A stretch of 64,000 nucleotides of DNA from an uncultured Eubacteriales bacterium (GTDB lineage Bacteria; Bacillota; Clostridia; UBA1381; UMGS1253). The translations under genes and the position numbers were made by a program. Under the pieces are notes generated by a model. It saw only the letters and a program-made list of their open reading frames with translations, was not told the origin of the DNA and did not search any database. The stretch lies in the NCBI GenBank assembly GCA_902492065.1, contig CABUKE010000001.1, positions 257,347 through 321,346 on the forward strand, read 5' to 3'. Each line of letters opens with the position of its first letter. The stretch's first letter is position 1. Below are positions 17,998 to 27,247 of this stretch, piece after piece.

Positions 17998-19074
17998 ATG
18001 TTTGACAAGCTGGCCTTCATAGAAGAACGGTATGAGGAACTGAGCAAAAAGATCAGCGACCCGGATGTGATTGCTGACAATGAGGCGTGGCGCGGCTATT
18101 GCAAGGAACACTCCGACATTACGCCGATTGTGGAGAAGTACCGGGAATATAAGAAAGCAAAACAGACGATAGAAGAAGCACAGGAGATGCTCGGCGAAGG
18201 CGTGGACAAAGAGTTTGAGGAAATGCTGCGCGGCGAGATGGAGCAGGCGCGCTCTGACATTGCGCGCTGCGAGGACGAACTGAAGATTCTGCTCCTGCCA
18301 AAAGATCCGAACGACGATAAAAACGTCATTATCGAGATTCGCGGCGGAGCAGGCGGCGACGAGGCCGCACTGTTTGCGGCGGATTTGCTTCGGATGTACA
18401 GCATGTACGCGGAGGCGAAGAACTGGAAGGTCGATATCATGAACTCGAATGAAACCGACATTGGCGGTTATAAGGAGGTTTCGTTCAGCATAGAAGGGCA
18501 GGGGGCGTACAGCCGGCTCAAGTTTGAGAGCGGCGTCCACCGCGTCCAGCGCGTACCGGCGACCGAGTCAGGCGGGCGTATCCATACTTCGACAGTTACG
18601 GTGGCGGTTTTGCCGGAAGTGGAAGAAGTGGAAGTGGAAATCAACGCCAATGACCTGCGAATCGACGTGTTCCGCGCCGGCGGTCCGGGCGGACAGTGCG
18701 TTAATACGACGGATTCTGCCGTACGGATAACCCATCTTCCGACGGGACTTGTCGTTTCGTGCCAGGACGAGAAGTCGCAGCACAAAAACAAGGATAAGGC
18801 GATGAAGATTTTGCGCTCGCGCCTCTATGACCTAATCAGCTCGCAGCAGAATGCGGAAATTGCGCAGAACCGCAAGAGCCAGGTCGGCACGGGCGACCGG
18901 AGCGAGCGCATCCGCACGTATAATTTCCCGCAGGGGCGTGTGACGGATCACCGCATTGGATTGACGCTGCACAGGCTGGAGGCGGTGTTAAACGGCGATT
19001 TGGACGAAATTATTGACGCGCTCATTACTGCGGATCAGAGCGAGAAGCTGAAAGCAGGGGCAAATGACGAATAA
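17998..19074 (+). CDS. prfA: peptide chain release factor 1
   Basis: [22 protein letters not shown]..., a PAT tripeptide ([14 protein letters not shown]) and a GGQ motif ([23 protein letters not shown]). The ATG at 17998 follows a GGAAGGAAGG RBS. Confidence 0.95.
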   Translation: MFDKLAFIEERYEELSKKISDPDVIADNEAWRGYCKEHSDITPIVEKYREYKKAKQTIEEAQEMLGEGVDKEFEEMLRGEMEQARSDIARCEDELKILLLPKDPNDDKNVIIEIRGGAGGDEAALFAADLLRMYSMYAEAKNWKVDIMNSNETDIGGYKEVSFSIEGQGAYSRLKFESGVHRVQRVPATESGGRIHTSTVTVAVLPEVEEVEVEINANDLRIDVFRAGGPGGQCVNTTDSAVRITHLPTGLVVSCQDEKSQHKNKDKAMKILRSRLYDLISSQQNAEIAQNRKSQVGTGDRSERIRTYNFPQGRVTDHRIGLTLHRLEAVLNGDLDEIIDALITADQSEKLKAGANDE

Positions 19075-19107
19075 AAAAGAAAGGCTTTTAAAGTCTTTCT
19101 TTTTTAT
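19075..19107. terminator. bidirectional terminator between prfA and the convergent TM2 gene
   Basis: AAAAAGAAAGGCTTT-TA-AAGTCTTTCTTTTTT, flanked by an A-run and a T-run. Confidence 0.7.
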
Positions 19108-19129
19108 ATTTATCTGATTATTGCCTTTG

Positions 19130-19471
19130 TCATGCCAACGGCTGGCCCTTTGCGTCGGTCTGCACGCTGCCGGTCAGAATCATCACGCCGTCAATGATGG
19201 GCCAGATTGCACCAAAACCCCCGGTGATAAACGTGACAAATATCTGTAATACGGCGGTGGTCACATAGCCGAGATAAAACCTACCCGCTCCTAAAAAACA
19301 TAAGAAAATTTGCAACAGCCCCGCAAGCAGGCGGGACTTGGCATGTACAAATTCATACTCCGGTTTAACGCGCCGAACTTCTTGCTTGGACGCATCGTGC
19401 GGGTTATTGCCGCACTGGCTGCACCTGGTTGCATCATCCGGAATTTCGGCGCCGCATGATTTACAATACAT
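19130..19471 (-). CDS. zinc-ribbon plus TM2-domain membrane protein
   Basis: MYCKSCGAEIPDDATRCSQCGN gives a CxxC...CxxC ribbon. Two TM helices with GRFYLG (TM2-like) follow. A GGAGGT RBS lies 7 nt upstream. Confidence 0.7.
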   Translation of the reverse strand: MYCKSCGAEIPDDATRCSQCGNNPHDASKQEVRRVKPEYEFVHAKSRLLAGLLQIFLCFLGAGRFYLGYVTTAVLQIFVTFITGGFGAIWPIIDGVMILTGSVQTDAKGQPLA

Positions 19472-19581
19472 GTATATACCTCCACATGGCTGTTCACTTC
19501 TGCGCTATATTCAGTATATACGATATTGGAGAAAAAACAATACAAAACGGCGCTAATTTACAATTTATTAAAAATTATAAC

Positions 19582-19851
19582 TTATACAATCAGCCATTTG
19601 CTGCATAGAAGGAGCAAAAAACCCGGTACGCCGAGCAGTCCGCACACAAGCGCGGAGTACAGGTTTACGCCAATGCTGAGGCCGAACAGGCTGCCCGCAT
19701 AGTTAAACAGGACTAAAAAGAGCGAGCCAACGGCGCTGTTAGCCGCAATTTTAAGCAAAAATTTTACCGGCTTAATGAATATCCACACAAGCAGATACAG
19801 CACGGCAAACCCCACAATCAGCAGTGCAATGGTTGTAAAATTCCACGTCAC
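19582..19851 (-). CDS. bofA: pro-sigma-K processing inhibitor BofA
   Basis: The 89-aa two-TM protein ...KPVKFLLKIAANSAVGSLFLVLFNYAGSLFGLSIGVNLYSALVCGLLGVPGFLLLL aligns with B. subtilis BofA. It has a GTG start with a GAGGGGG RBS and sits directly after a yaaL homolog, as in Bacillus. Confidence 0.78.
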   Translation of the reverse strand: MTWNFTTIALLIVGFAVLYLLVWIFIKPVKFLLKIAANSAVGSLFLVLFNYAGSLFGLSIGVNLYSALVCGLLGVPGFLLLLCSKWLIV

Positions 19852-19878
19852 AAAAATGCCCCCTCAGTTTATTCATTT

Positions 19879-20175
19879 CTATAGCTGTGCAGTACGCCCC
19901 GAAAAAGGCGCCTTTGTATACTCCTCCTGTGCGATGTTCAAAGTCCGCGCCTTTTGCAGCAGATAGCGGTATTTTGCCTGCGCGGCTTTAATTTGATAGG
20001 TATACACATCCACCAGGAGCGGGTCCGTCACATAGGAAAAGTTTTGTGTTGCAACCTCAAGCTCAAGCTTCGCCCGCGCAATGCTTTGCAGAAGCTCGGT
20101 ATGTTCCCGGTTCTGCCTCTGACGCTGTTCGGATTTTGCTGTGTTGGAATGCATGCTTCCCTGAAAGAAAAACAT
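19879..20175 (-). CDS. YaaL-like protein (DUF2508)
   Basis: ...LLQSIARAKLELEVATQNFSYVTDPLLVDVYTYQIKAAQAKYRYLLQKAR follows the DUF2508 pattern. The ATG at 20175 is preceded by AGAGGGGGA. Synteny with bofA supports the call. Confidence 0.65.
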   Translation of the reverse strand: MFFFQGSMHSNTAKSEQRQRQNREHTELLQSIARAKLELEVATQNFSYVTDPLLVDVYTYQIKAAQAKYRYLLQKARTLNIAQEEYTKAPFSGRTAQL

Positions 20176-20407
20176 AGATTGTCCCCCTCTTTGTTTCTTT
20201 TGTATCGTATTCATACGCTATAAGTATAGTCTGTAGCATGGATAAATATTCCTGGAACAAGAAAAAAGTACCAATTTTTTGACTGACAAATTGTGCAAAA
20301 TCCCACTTTGGAAAAATTTTGTAATTTTTGCCAAAAAACTATTGCATTTTAGAGTAACGTGTGATATTATACTGGCAGGAAAAATATTACAGTTAGGAGC
20401 GGGGAAA

Positions 20408-21223
20408 ATGGAGAACAGTATTTCGGTTTTATTGGCGGATGATTGTGAGGAATTTGTAAAATCTGTGAAGGATTATCTGGATAATCAAGAAGGCATTACG
20501 GTCACGGGGATTGCGCACGATGGGCGTGAGGCCTTTGAGATGATAAAAGAGACAAAACCCGACGTTGTTCTGCTCGACATGATTATGCCCTATATTGACG
20601 GGCTTGGCGTATTAAAGAAAATTAAAAATACAAACCTCGACAAAGAGCCGGTTTGTATGATGCTGTCCGGCGTGGGGCAGGAGCGTGCAACGCAAAAGGC
20701 GGCCGACCTTGGCGCACAGTATTTTATGCTCAAACCGTTTGAGCTTGATTCTCTGACGGAGCGGATTCGGGAATTTGGCGGAACGGCTCCGGCGCTTTCG
20801 TCTGATAAGGCGGTGTCTGCACCAAAGCGGGAGAAAACGGTATTCAGCGACGAGCCGAAAAAGCGGTACGACCGCGAAGACCTCGAAATGATTGTAACGA
20901 ATATTATCCACGAGGTTGGCGTACCGGCGCATATCAAGGGCTATCAGTTCATCCGCAGCGCAATTTTGATGGCGATTGACAATATGGAAGTGATTAACCA
21001 CATTACAAAGCAACTCTACCCCGACTTGGCTAAGAAGTTCAAAACAACGCCCAGCCGTGTAGAACGCGCAATCCGGCATTCGATTGAGGTTGCATGGAAC
21101 CGCGGCCGAACAGAAACAATGGAAAAGCTGTTTGGTTATACCATTAATTCAGAAAAGGGAAAGCCGACCAACAGCGAGTTTATTGCCATGATTGCGGATA
21201 ATGTACGGCTCCGCATGCGGTAA
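20408..21223 (+). CDS. spo0A: sporulation master regulator Spo0A
   Basis: The receiver reads [17 protein letters not shown]...[18 protein letters not shown]. The Spo0A-specific C-domain reads [23 protein letters not shown]...[20 protein letters not shown]...[17 protein letters not shown]. The ATG at 20408 follows AGGAG. Confidence 0.95.
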   Translation: MENSISVLLADDCEEFVKSVKDYLDNQEGITVTGIAHDGREAFEMIKETKPDVVLLDMIMPYIDGLGVLKKIKNTNLDKEPVCMMLSGVGQERATQKAADLGAQYFMLKPFELDSLTERIREFGGTAPALSSDKAVSAPKREKTVFSDEPKKRYDREDLEMIVTNIIHEVGVPAHIKGYQFIRSAILMAIDNMEVINHITKQLYPDLAKKFKTTPSRVERAIRHSIEVAWNRGRTETMEKLFGYTINSEKGKPTNSEFIAMIADNVRLRMR

Positions 21224-21245
21224 CCGAAATACGAATCATTCAAAA

Positions 21246-21277
21246 AGGGATTCCATACCGGAACCCCTTTTTTTGTA
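21246..21277 (+). terminator. intrinsic terminator after spo0A
   Basis: AAGGGATTCC-ATA-CCGGAACCCCTT followed by TTTTTG. Confidence 0.65.
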
Positions 21278-21356
21278 CAAATCGTATATTTTTTTCAAAA
21301 ATTCTTGCGTCTGTCTATATAGAGTGATACAATACAGCAAGAAGGAGGAGAATACC

Positions 21357-22160
21357 ATGAAAATATCTTTAAATCGTTACCCGGAGGGAAAAAAGCGCGC
21401 GCTTACGCTGAGCTATGATGATGGACCGTATGCCGACTACCGGTTAGTCGAGATGATGAACCGTTACGGCATAAGAGGGACGTTTCACTTAAATTCGGAC
21501 ACACTTTCATGCGAGGAAAGGCCGAATCCCGATAAGGTGAGGGAGGCTGACGTTAAGACGCTGTATACAGGTCATGAAGTTTCGTCCCATACGTCGACGC
21601 ATCCAGACCTGCGTTACGTTACACCCGGCACACTCCGGGAACAGATTATCTGTGACCGGGAAAAGCTGGAGCAGCTTACGGGGTATGTTGTCCGCGGCAT
21701 GTCTTATCCATTTGGTACATATAATGATACCGTGTTGACGGCGCTGCCGCTTCTGGGGATTGAGTACAGCAGAACGACGGCGGCACACCACACGCTGGCA
21801 CTGCCGGAAGATTTTTTGTGTTGGCATCCCACCTGCCATCACAAGCAGGCGATGGATTGTGTGGAAATGTTTGAAGAGCCGCGGTGGCAGAATATGCCTC
21901 TGTTTTATGTATGGGGACATAGTTATGAGTTTGACAATGACAAGAATTGGGATATGATGGAGGAGTTTTTGAAGCGCGTCAGCGGGAAAGATGACGTTTG
22001 GTATGCAACGAATATTGAAGTCGCAGACTATATCCGTGCTGTACGCAATCTGAAATTCCGCGTGGACAATAAAGGCGTCTACAATCCATCCGCGTGCAGC
22101 GTCTGGATTGAGGCAGACGGAGAGCCGGTTAAAATTGAAAGCGGCTACACAGCATTGTAA
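21357..22160 (+). CDS. polysaccharide deacetylase (NodB/CE4 family)
   Basis: MKISLNRYPEGKKRALTLSYDDGPYADYRLVEMMNRYGIRGTFHLN...HEVSSHTSTHPDL gives the DD and HxxxH metal motifs. An AAGGAGGAG RBS is present. The track start at 21192 overlaps the spo0A end. Confidence 0.8.
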   Translation: MKISLNRYPEGKKRALTLSYDDGPYADYRLVEMMNRYGIRGTFHLNSDTLSCEERPNPDKVREADVKTLYTGHEVSSHTSTHPDLRYVTPGTLREQIICDREKLEQLTGYVVRGMSYPFGTYNDTVLTALPLLGIEYSRTTAAHHTLALPEDFLCWHPTCHHKQAMDCVEMFEEPRWQNMPLFYVWGHSYEFDNDKNWDMMEEFLKRVSGKDDVWYATNIEVADYIRAVRNLKFRVDNKGVYNPSACSVWIEADGEPVKIESGYTAL

Positions 22161-22307
22161 AATTGCACAAAAAATAAAACGAATTAAATTTCGGTATTTA
22201 CTTTTTGGTGTAAATAATGTAAAATGATATCAATTTATATAAAATTTTTATAGGATATATATAGGAGAGTAAAGAATAAAAATATATAAGAAGGGTGGAA
22301 AAGGGAA

Positions 22308-23885
22308 ATGAAAAAGAGGAAGATTTTCATGTCTGCGGTTGCTGGCGGGCTTGCGGCGCTCATGCTGGCGGGGTGCAGCGGAGGGACAGACAGCGGCGGC
22401 AGTACGCAGGATGTAACAAAACTGGAGGGGACGCTGGCATCTGCGGAGCCGCTTACGCTGACGGTTCACATGCATTTCTGGAACACCAACGTATTTGATG
22501 ACGAATGGCCGATTTATCAGGAAGCGGCGAAACGGACGAATATTACGCTGCAAGGTACGGCTTCGAGCGCTTCGACGGACTCAAACCAGGTGTTTAATAC
22601 CATGCTGACGAACAGTCCGCTTCCCGATATTATACATGGGGAGTCAAAAAACTTAAATAAAGCGGGGTCTGAGGGTGCACTGATTCCTTTGCAGGATTTG
22701 ATTGATCAGTATGCGCCGCATATCAAGGCAATGTTTGACGAGCATCCGGAGTATGAAAAGGCTTCGCTGGCTGCGGACGGCAACTTGTACTACATACCGT
22801 GCCTGCGTGACGACTCCGGCCCGGCACAGGGCTGGTTTATCCGGCAGGATTGGCTGGATAAGCTGGGGCTGGAAGTGCCGACGACCATTGACGAGTATTA
22901 CAATGTGCTGAAGGCGTTCCGCGAGCAGGATCCGAACGGGAATGGACAGAAGGATGAGGTTCCATACTTTGATCGCCACCAGAGTGTAGATAAGCTCACA
23001 TCACTTTGGAATCCGGGCAACGGGGCGTATTCGACTGCCGGAGACTTCGCGATTGATAAGGATGGGAATGTGTTCTGCGTACGTACAACGGAAGGGTATA
23101 AGACTGCGATGAAGGAACTGGCGAAGTGGTATGCCGAGGGGTTGATTGACCAGGAAATCTTTACACGGCAGAACCCGCGTGAACAGCTTTTTGGAAATGA
23201 TAATGGCGGTGCGACCAACGACTGGTTCAGCTCGACGATGTCGTTTAACGAAATTGAAAAAGATAAGGTACCGGGCTTCCATATTGCGGTTATGGCGCCG
23301 ATAAAAAATATTGATGGCGACGTTAAGAATCAGTTTGCGCGCAATGCGACGGCAGGCATCGGTTGGGGCATTTCCAAAGACAATAAACATGTGCCGGAAA
23401 CCATGAAGTATTTTGACTTCTGGTATACGGAAGAGGGCAGCCTGCTCAACGCGATGGGTGTGGAAGGCACACATTATACGAATGAAAACGGCGAGCTGAA
23501 GTATACGGATTTGGTAATGAGCTACGAAGGCGGCGCGCCGAATTATATGCGTACGATTGGTGGACAGGAGATTGGTTACTTTGCAGAACTGGGGCCGGAA
23601 ATCGCCGGTATGACGGAAGAAGCGGCAGAAGGCTTTAAGGAGTATGCGGACAATAAGTGGACGGTAAAGGCGTTCCCGTCGCTGTCGTATACAACAGAGG
23701 AAGAGCGAATTATTGCTTCCAAGGGAACGGATATTTCAACATACACAAAGGAAACGCAGCAAAACTGGATTATGGGCAACAAGGACGTTGACGCGACATG
23801 GGATCAATATATTGCTGACCTGAAGTCGTTAGGGCTCGACGAGTTGCTTGCGGCATATCAGGCTGCATACGACAGACAGAAATAA
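22308..23885 (+). CDS. ABC-transporter extracellular solute-binding lipoprotein (family 1, large LplA-like sugar binder)
   Basis: The signal peptide and lipobox are MKKRKIFMSAVAGGLAALMLAGCSGG. The 525-aa length and WFIRQDWLDKLGL... are typical of large carbohydrate SBPs. Confidence 0.85.
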   Translation: MKKRKIFMSAVAGGLAALMLAGCSGGTDSGGSTQDVTKLEGTLASAEPLTLTVHMHFWNTNVFDDEWPIYQEAAKRTNITLQGTASSASTDSNQVFNTMLTNSPLPDIIHGESKNLNKAGSEGALIPLQDLIDQYAPHIKAMFDEHPEYEKASLAADGNLYYIPCLRDDSGPAQGWFIRQDWLDKLGLEVPTTIDEYYNVLKAFREQDPNGNGQKDEVPYFDRHQSVDKLTSLWNPGNGAYSTAGDFAIDKDGNVFCVRTTEGYKTAMKELAKWYAEGLIDQEIFTRQNPREQLFGNDNGGATNDWFSSTMSFNEIEKDKVPGFHIAVMAPIKNIDGDVKNQFARNATAGIGWGISKDNKHVPETMKYFDFWYTEEGSLLNAMGVEGTHYTNENGELKYTDLVMSYEGGAPNYMRTIGGQEIGYFAELGPEIAGMTEEAAEGFKEYADNKWTVKAFPSLSYTTEEERIIASKGTDISTYTKETQQNWIMGNKDVDATWDQYIADLKSLGLDELLAAYQAAYDRQK

Positions 23886-23899
23886 TTCGATAGACGAAT

Positions 23900-23932
23900 A
23901 AAAAGAAGGCGGAATTTTCCGCCTTCTTTTTT
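23900..23932. terminator. bidirectional terminator between the SBP gene and the GrpB gene
   Basis: AAAAAGAAGGCGG-AATTTT-CCGCCTTCTTTTTT. Confidence 0.8.
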
Positions 23933-23936
23933 GTAA

Positions 23937-24467
23937 TCAAATATTATATTTGGTTTTATATTCGGACAGCGCCAACGCTTCGATTCTTTTTACAAACGCT
24001 TCTTTCCCGTCGCAGTATCCGTCGATGTCCCATGGGAACCGGCGGGCAAGGTTCTTTTTCAGCCGGGAGTAGACTTCCCGTTCCTTTTCATGCGTCCGCA
24101 TATAATCGCGGAACGCAAGGTGGCGGTCTATATTTTCCGTATCGTTTTCGGCAAATATATGAATCTGGTGCGTCCGCTCGTCCCCGCCTTTTCGCAGATA
24201 CCGCCTTCCTTTTATCCCGAATTCCCCAAGGTATTCGTAGCCGATTTCCTCAAATTCGGCCGAAACGCGGTCGACCTCTGCCAGACTTTTTACAACAGGC
24301 ATGATGTCGATGATCGGCTTTGCCGCCAGGCCGGGGACGGCCGTGCTCCCGATATGATGGACAGCCACGCAGTTATCTTTCAGGATCGACTTGATTTTTC
24401 CCGCTTCTTCCTGAAAGCTTTTCCTCCATATAGGGTCATAATCTAACACAATGATATGCTGCGGCAC
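23937..24467 (-). CDS. GrpB-family (UPF0157) nucleotidyltransferase-fold protein
   Basis: MPQHIIVLDYDPIWRKSFQEEAGKIKSILKDNCVAVHHIGSTAVPGLAAKPIIDIM...HIHIF...FRDYMR. Confidence 0.8.
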   Translation of the reverse strand: MPQHIIVLDYDPIWRKSFQEEAGKIKSILKDNCVAVHHIGSTAVPGLAAKPIIDIMPVVKSLAEVDRVSAEFEEIGYEYLGEFGIKGRRYLRKGGDERTHQIHIFAENDTENIDRHLAFRDYMRTHEKEREVYSRLKKNLARRFPWDIDGYCDGKEAFVKRIEALALSEYKTKYNI

Positions 24468-24486
24468 GGTTTATCTCTCCATTTGC

Positions 24487-25500
24487 TCAATCGTCGTATC
24501 CGTTGGGATTGTTCTTCTGCCAGTTCCAGGCGTCACGGCACATGTCGACAATCGACTTTTTTGCTTCCCAGCCGAGCTCGGTTTTCGCTTTTGTCGGGTC
24601 TGCATAGCATACCGTCACATCGCCGGGGCGACGCGGTGCAAACTTGTATGGAATTGTTACACCGTTTGCTTCCTCAAAGGCCTTTACCAAATCCAGCACA
24701 CTGTAGCCAACGCCCGTGCCGAGATTGTGAATCAAAACGCCCTTCGTGGTATTAAGCTTGTCGAGCGCCTTGAGGTGACCGTCCGCTAAATCGACAACAT
24801 GGATGTAGTCGCGTACGCCGGTGCCGTCCTTTGTCGGGTAGTCGTTGCCGAAAATGCTGAGCTGCGGCAGCTTGCCGAGCGCGACCTGCGTGATATAGGG
24901 CATCAAATTGTTCGGAATCCCTTTCGGATTCTCACCAATCCTGCCGCTTTCGTGCGCACCCACAGGATTAAAGTAGCGCAGGAGCGAGATTGCCCAGTCC
25001 TTGTCCGATACGGCAAGGTCCTGCAAAATCTGCTCAATCATCAGCTTTGTCTGCCCGTAGGGGCTGTTTGCCGAGGTGGGAAGGTCTTCCGTCAGCGGCA
25101 TTTTATCCGTCATACCATACACGGTGGCCGACGAGCTGAACACAATTTTCTTTACGCCAAACTCCTGCATAACTTCAAGCAGATAGACCGTTCCAGCAAT
25201 GTTGTTCTCATAATACTTGAGCGGTACAGCCACGGATTCTCCAACGGCTTTCAGCCCGGCAAAATGAATCACCGAGTCGATTGTATTTTCTTTAAAAATC
25301 GTGCGCATACCTGCTTTATCCAGAATATCGCACTCGTAAAACCGGATTTTTTTCCCCGTGATTTCTTCCACCCGGCCAATTGCCTTCGGACTGCTGTTGG
25401 AGAGATTATCCAAAACAACAACGTCGTAGCCGGCCTCCAGTAGCTTGACACACGTATGCGAGCCGATATAACCGGCGCCGCCCGTTACTAAAACTGACAT
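24487..25500 (-). CDS. galE: UDP-glucose 4-epimerase
   Basis: [37 protein letters not shown]...SSSATVYG...YGQTKLMIE (YxxxK). Confidence 0.93.
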   Translation of the reverse strand: MSVLVTGGAGYIGSHTCVKLLEAGYDVVVLDNLSNSSPKAIGRVEEITGKKIRFYECDILDKAGMRTIFKENTIDSVIHFAGLKAVGESVAVPLKYYENNIAGTVYLLEVMQEFGVKKIVFSSSATVYGMTDKMPLTEDLPTSANSPYGQTKLMIEQILQDLAVSDKDWAISLLRYFNPVGAHESGRIGENPKGIPNNLMPYITQVALGKLPQLSIFGNDYPTKDGTGVRDYIHVVDLADGHLKALDKLNTTKGVLIHNLGTGVGYSVLDLVKAFEEANGVTIPYKFAPRRPGDVTVCYADPTKAKTELGWEAKKSIVDMCRDAWNWQKNNPNGYDD

Positions 25501-25618
25501 AAAAAATACCCTCCCGTAAATCGCATTTTCCAGTACAGGCCATACGGCCTTTTGAAACTATATTATAAACTTTTTTACCGAAAATAGCAAGAGAAATAAA
25601 CTAATTTTTACAATTAAA

Positions 25619-25650
25619 GGGCCAACAGGCGAGCGTTTCGCCTGTTGGCC
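25619..25650 (-). terminator. terminator after the 516-aa secreted protein gene
   Basis: GGCCAACAGGCGA-(loop)-TCGCCTGTTGGCC, followed on the minus strand by CTTTAATTGTAAAAATT. Confidence 0.6.
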
Positions 25651-25665
25651 TTACATGGTGCAAAA

Positions 25666-27216
25666 TTATTTGTAAATGATAATCTCCTTGACTGCGTTCC
25701 ACGCGCTCGAGCTGTTGCCCATGCAGTAAACGCGGAAGTAGCGGCCCTTCGCATTTTCAAGCGTATAATCTTCGTAACCCGCTGTCGTACCCGACGCTTT
25801 GCCGTCGTGTACGGTTGTAAAGTTTACCCCATCCTCAGACGTTTCGAGGCGGAAGATGGCCTGCCGCTGGTCGCCCTTGTTCCATACAATGGACACCTTG
25901 CTGATGGTGGTCGACTCGCCCAAATCGTAGCAAATCCACTGCGGGTTGCCTTCACAGGACCAGAGCGTATCCACATCGCCGTCATAGCTGAAGTAGCCCA
26001 GTTCATCCTCGAAGAAGGAGCTGAATGTGCAGTCTTTAATTTCGACTGCGCCCTCCGGCAGCGTATACGGCTTTTCCGTCTTGCTGACAATGATTACGGT
26101 AGTATTCGGCTCGTCCCAATATACGACCTGGTCGAGCGACTCAGATACGAACCGGATCGGTACAACGAACCGGTCACCGACAATGGTTGCCGCAACATCG
26201 AGCTCCACCGCTTCGCCGTTTAAGTACGCAGTTGTATTGTTTTCTGTAATGACAACGGTGTTGTCGCCTCTAACCGCTGTTGCAGTTGCTGTGTCTGCGT
26301 CCCAGGTGATGTCCGCATCGAGCGCCTCAAAGATTGCGCGGAACGGCACGAGCACGCGGTCGTCTATCATAACCGGCTCAGTATCTTCAAACTCCATATA
26401 GCTGCCGTTGAGCATAACGTCGATGTACTCCGGCTCCGGGCTTGGGTTTGCTTCCTGCTCGCGGTAATATTCCGTATATTCCGACGGCGTCATGAATACG
26501 GAATCCCGCTCCTTTAAGAAAGTAAGTACCTTCTTAAACTCGGACAAATCATTCTCATCCCACATGCCGGCATGCCCCTGCAAGATGATATAGGGAGAAC
26601 GCTTCAGCTTTTCATAATTTTCGAGAAAATGTTCATAGTCCACGTCGCCGGTCGCCGGCTCAATGTTGGCCCGGGTCGGCAGCCGCAGGAAGTCGTGCTC
26701 TCCATAATCGGCGGACAGCATCACATTCGTGATCTGCGGGAACTTCTCGTCAATCATCTGCGCCGTTGTCGCGTCGCTGTTGTTGTTCGGCGAGCCAAAA
26801 GACGTCACCGTGATTCCACACTTGTCTTTGAGAAGTTGTACTGTTTTGTTAAAGCTTTCATACAGCGAGTCATAGTCGCTGCCGTGGTATTCCGTTTCTG
26901 AATGGACATAGCCGTGGTGCCAGATTTCGATTCCGGCGTCGTGCCATTCCTTGATTTTGTCATAGTAGGACTGCTTCGTGCCATCGTCCTCGAGCGAGTT
27001 GCCGATGATGCCGAAGCTGGCCTTTACGCCCTCTTCCTGTACAATTTCAAACGCAGTCTGGAAACCGTTTGCCGTATTTGTGTTTAAATCGTCCAGCTTT
27101 AAAATGACGATTGGTTTGTAGCGGTCTGCCGTAGCTGCGCCGGCGGTGGCCGGAAACGCAGTCAGCGCCAGTAGAACGCATAAAAGCAATGCAATAATTT
27201 TTGCTCTCTTCTTCAT
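25666..27216 (-). CDS. secreted multidomain protein: deacetylase-fold (DUF2334/NodB-like) N-domain, copper-amine-oxidase-N-like domain, C-terminal F5/8 type C (discoidin/CBM32-like) domain
   Basis: The signal peptide is MKKRAKIIALLLCVLLALTAFPATAGA. The N-domain has ILKLDDL...IEIWHHGYVH. The middle domain has DDRVLVPFRAIFEALDADITWD...GDRFVVPIRFVSESL. The C-terminus has ...ISKVSIVWNKGDQRQAIFRLETSEDGVNFTTV...RYFRVYCMGNS. Confidence 0.75.
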   Translation of the reverse strand: MKKRAKIIALLLCVLLALTAFPATAGAATADRYKPIVILKLDDLNTNTANGFQTAFEIVQEEGVKASFGIIGNSLEDDGTKQSYYDKIKEWHDAGIEIWHHGYVHSETEYHGSDYDSLYESFNKTVQLLKDKCGITVTSFGSPNNNSDATTAQMIDEKFPQITNVMLSADYGEHDFLRLPTRANIEPATGDVDYEHFLENYEKLKRSPYIILQGHAGMWDENDLSEFKKVLTFLKERDSVFMTPSEYTEYYREQEANPSPEPEYIDVMLNGSYMEFEDTEPVMIDDRVLVPFRAIFEALDADITWDADTATATAVRGDNTVVITENNTTAYLNGEAVELDVAATIVGDRFVVPIRFVSESLDQVVYWDEPNTTVIIVSKTEKPYTLPEGAVEIKDCTFSSFFEDELGYFSYDGDVDTLWSCEGNPQWICYDLGESTTISKVSIVWNKGDQRQAIFRLETSEDGVNFTTVHDGKASGTTAGYEDYTLENAKGRYFRVYCMGNSSSAWNAVKEIIIYK

Positions 27217-27247
27217 ACTATTATTGGTCCTCCTTTCCTAACCAGTA

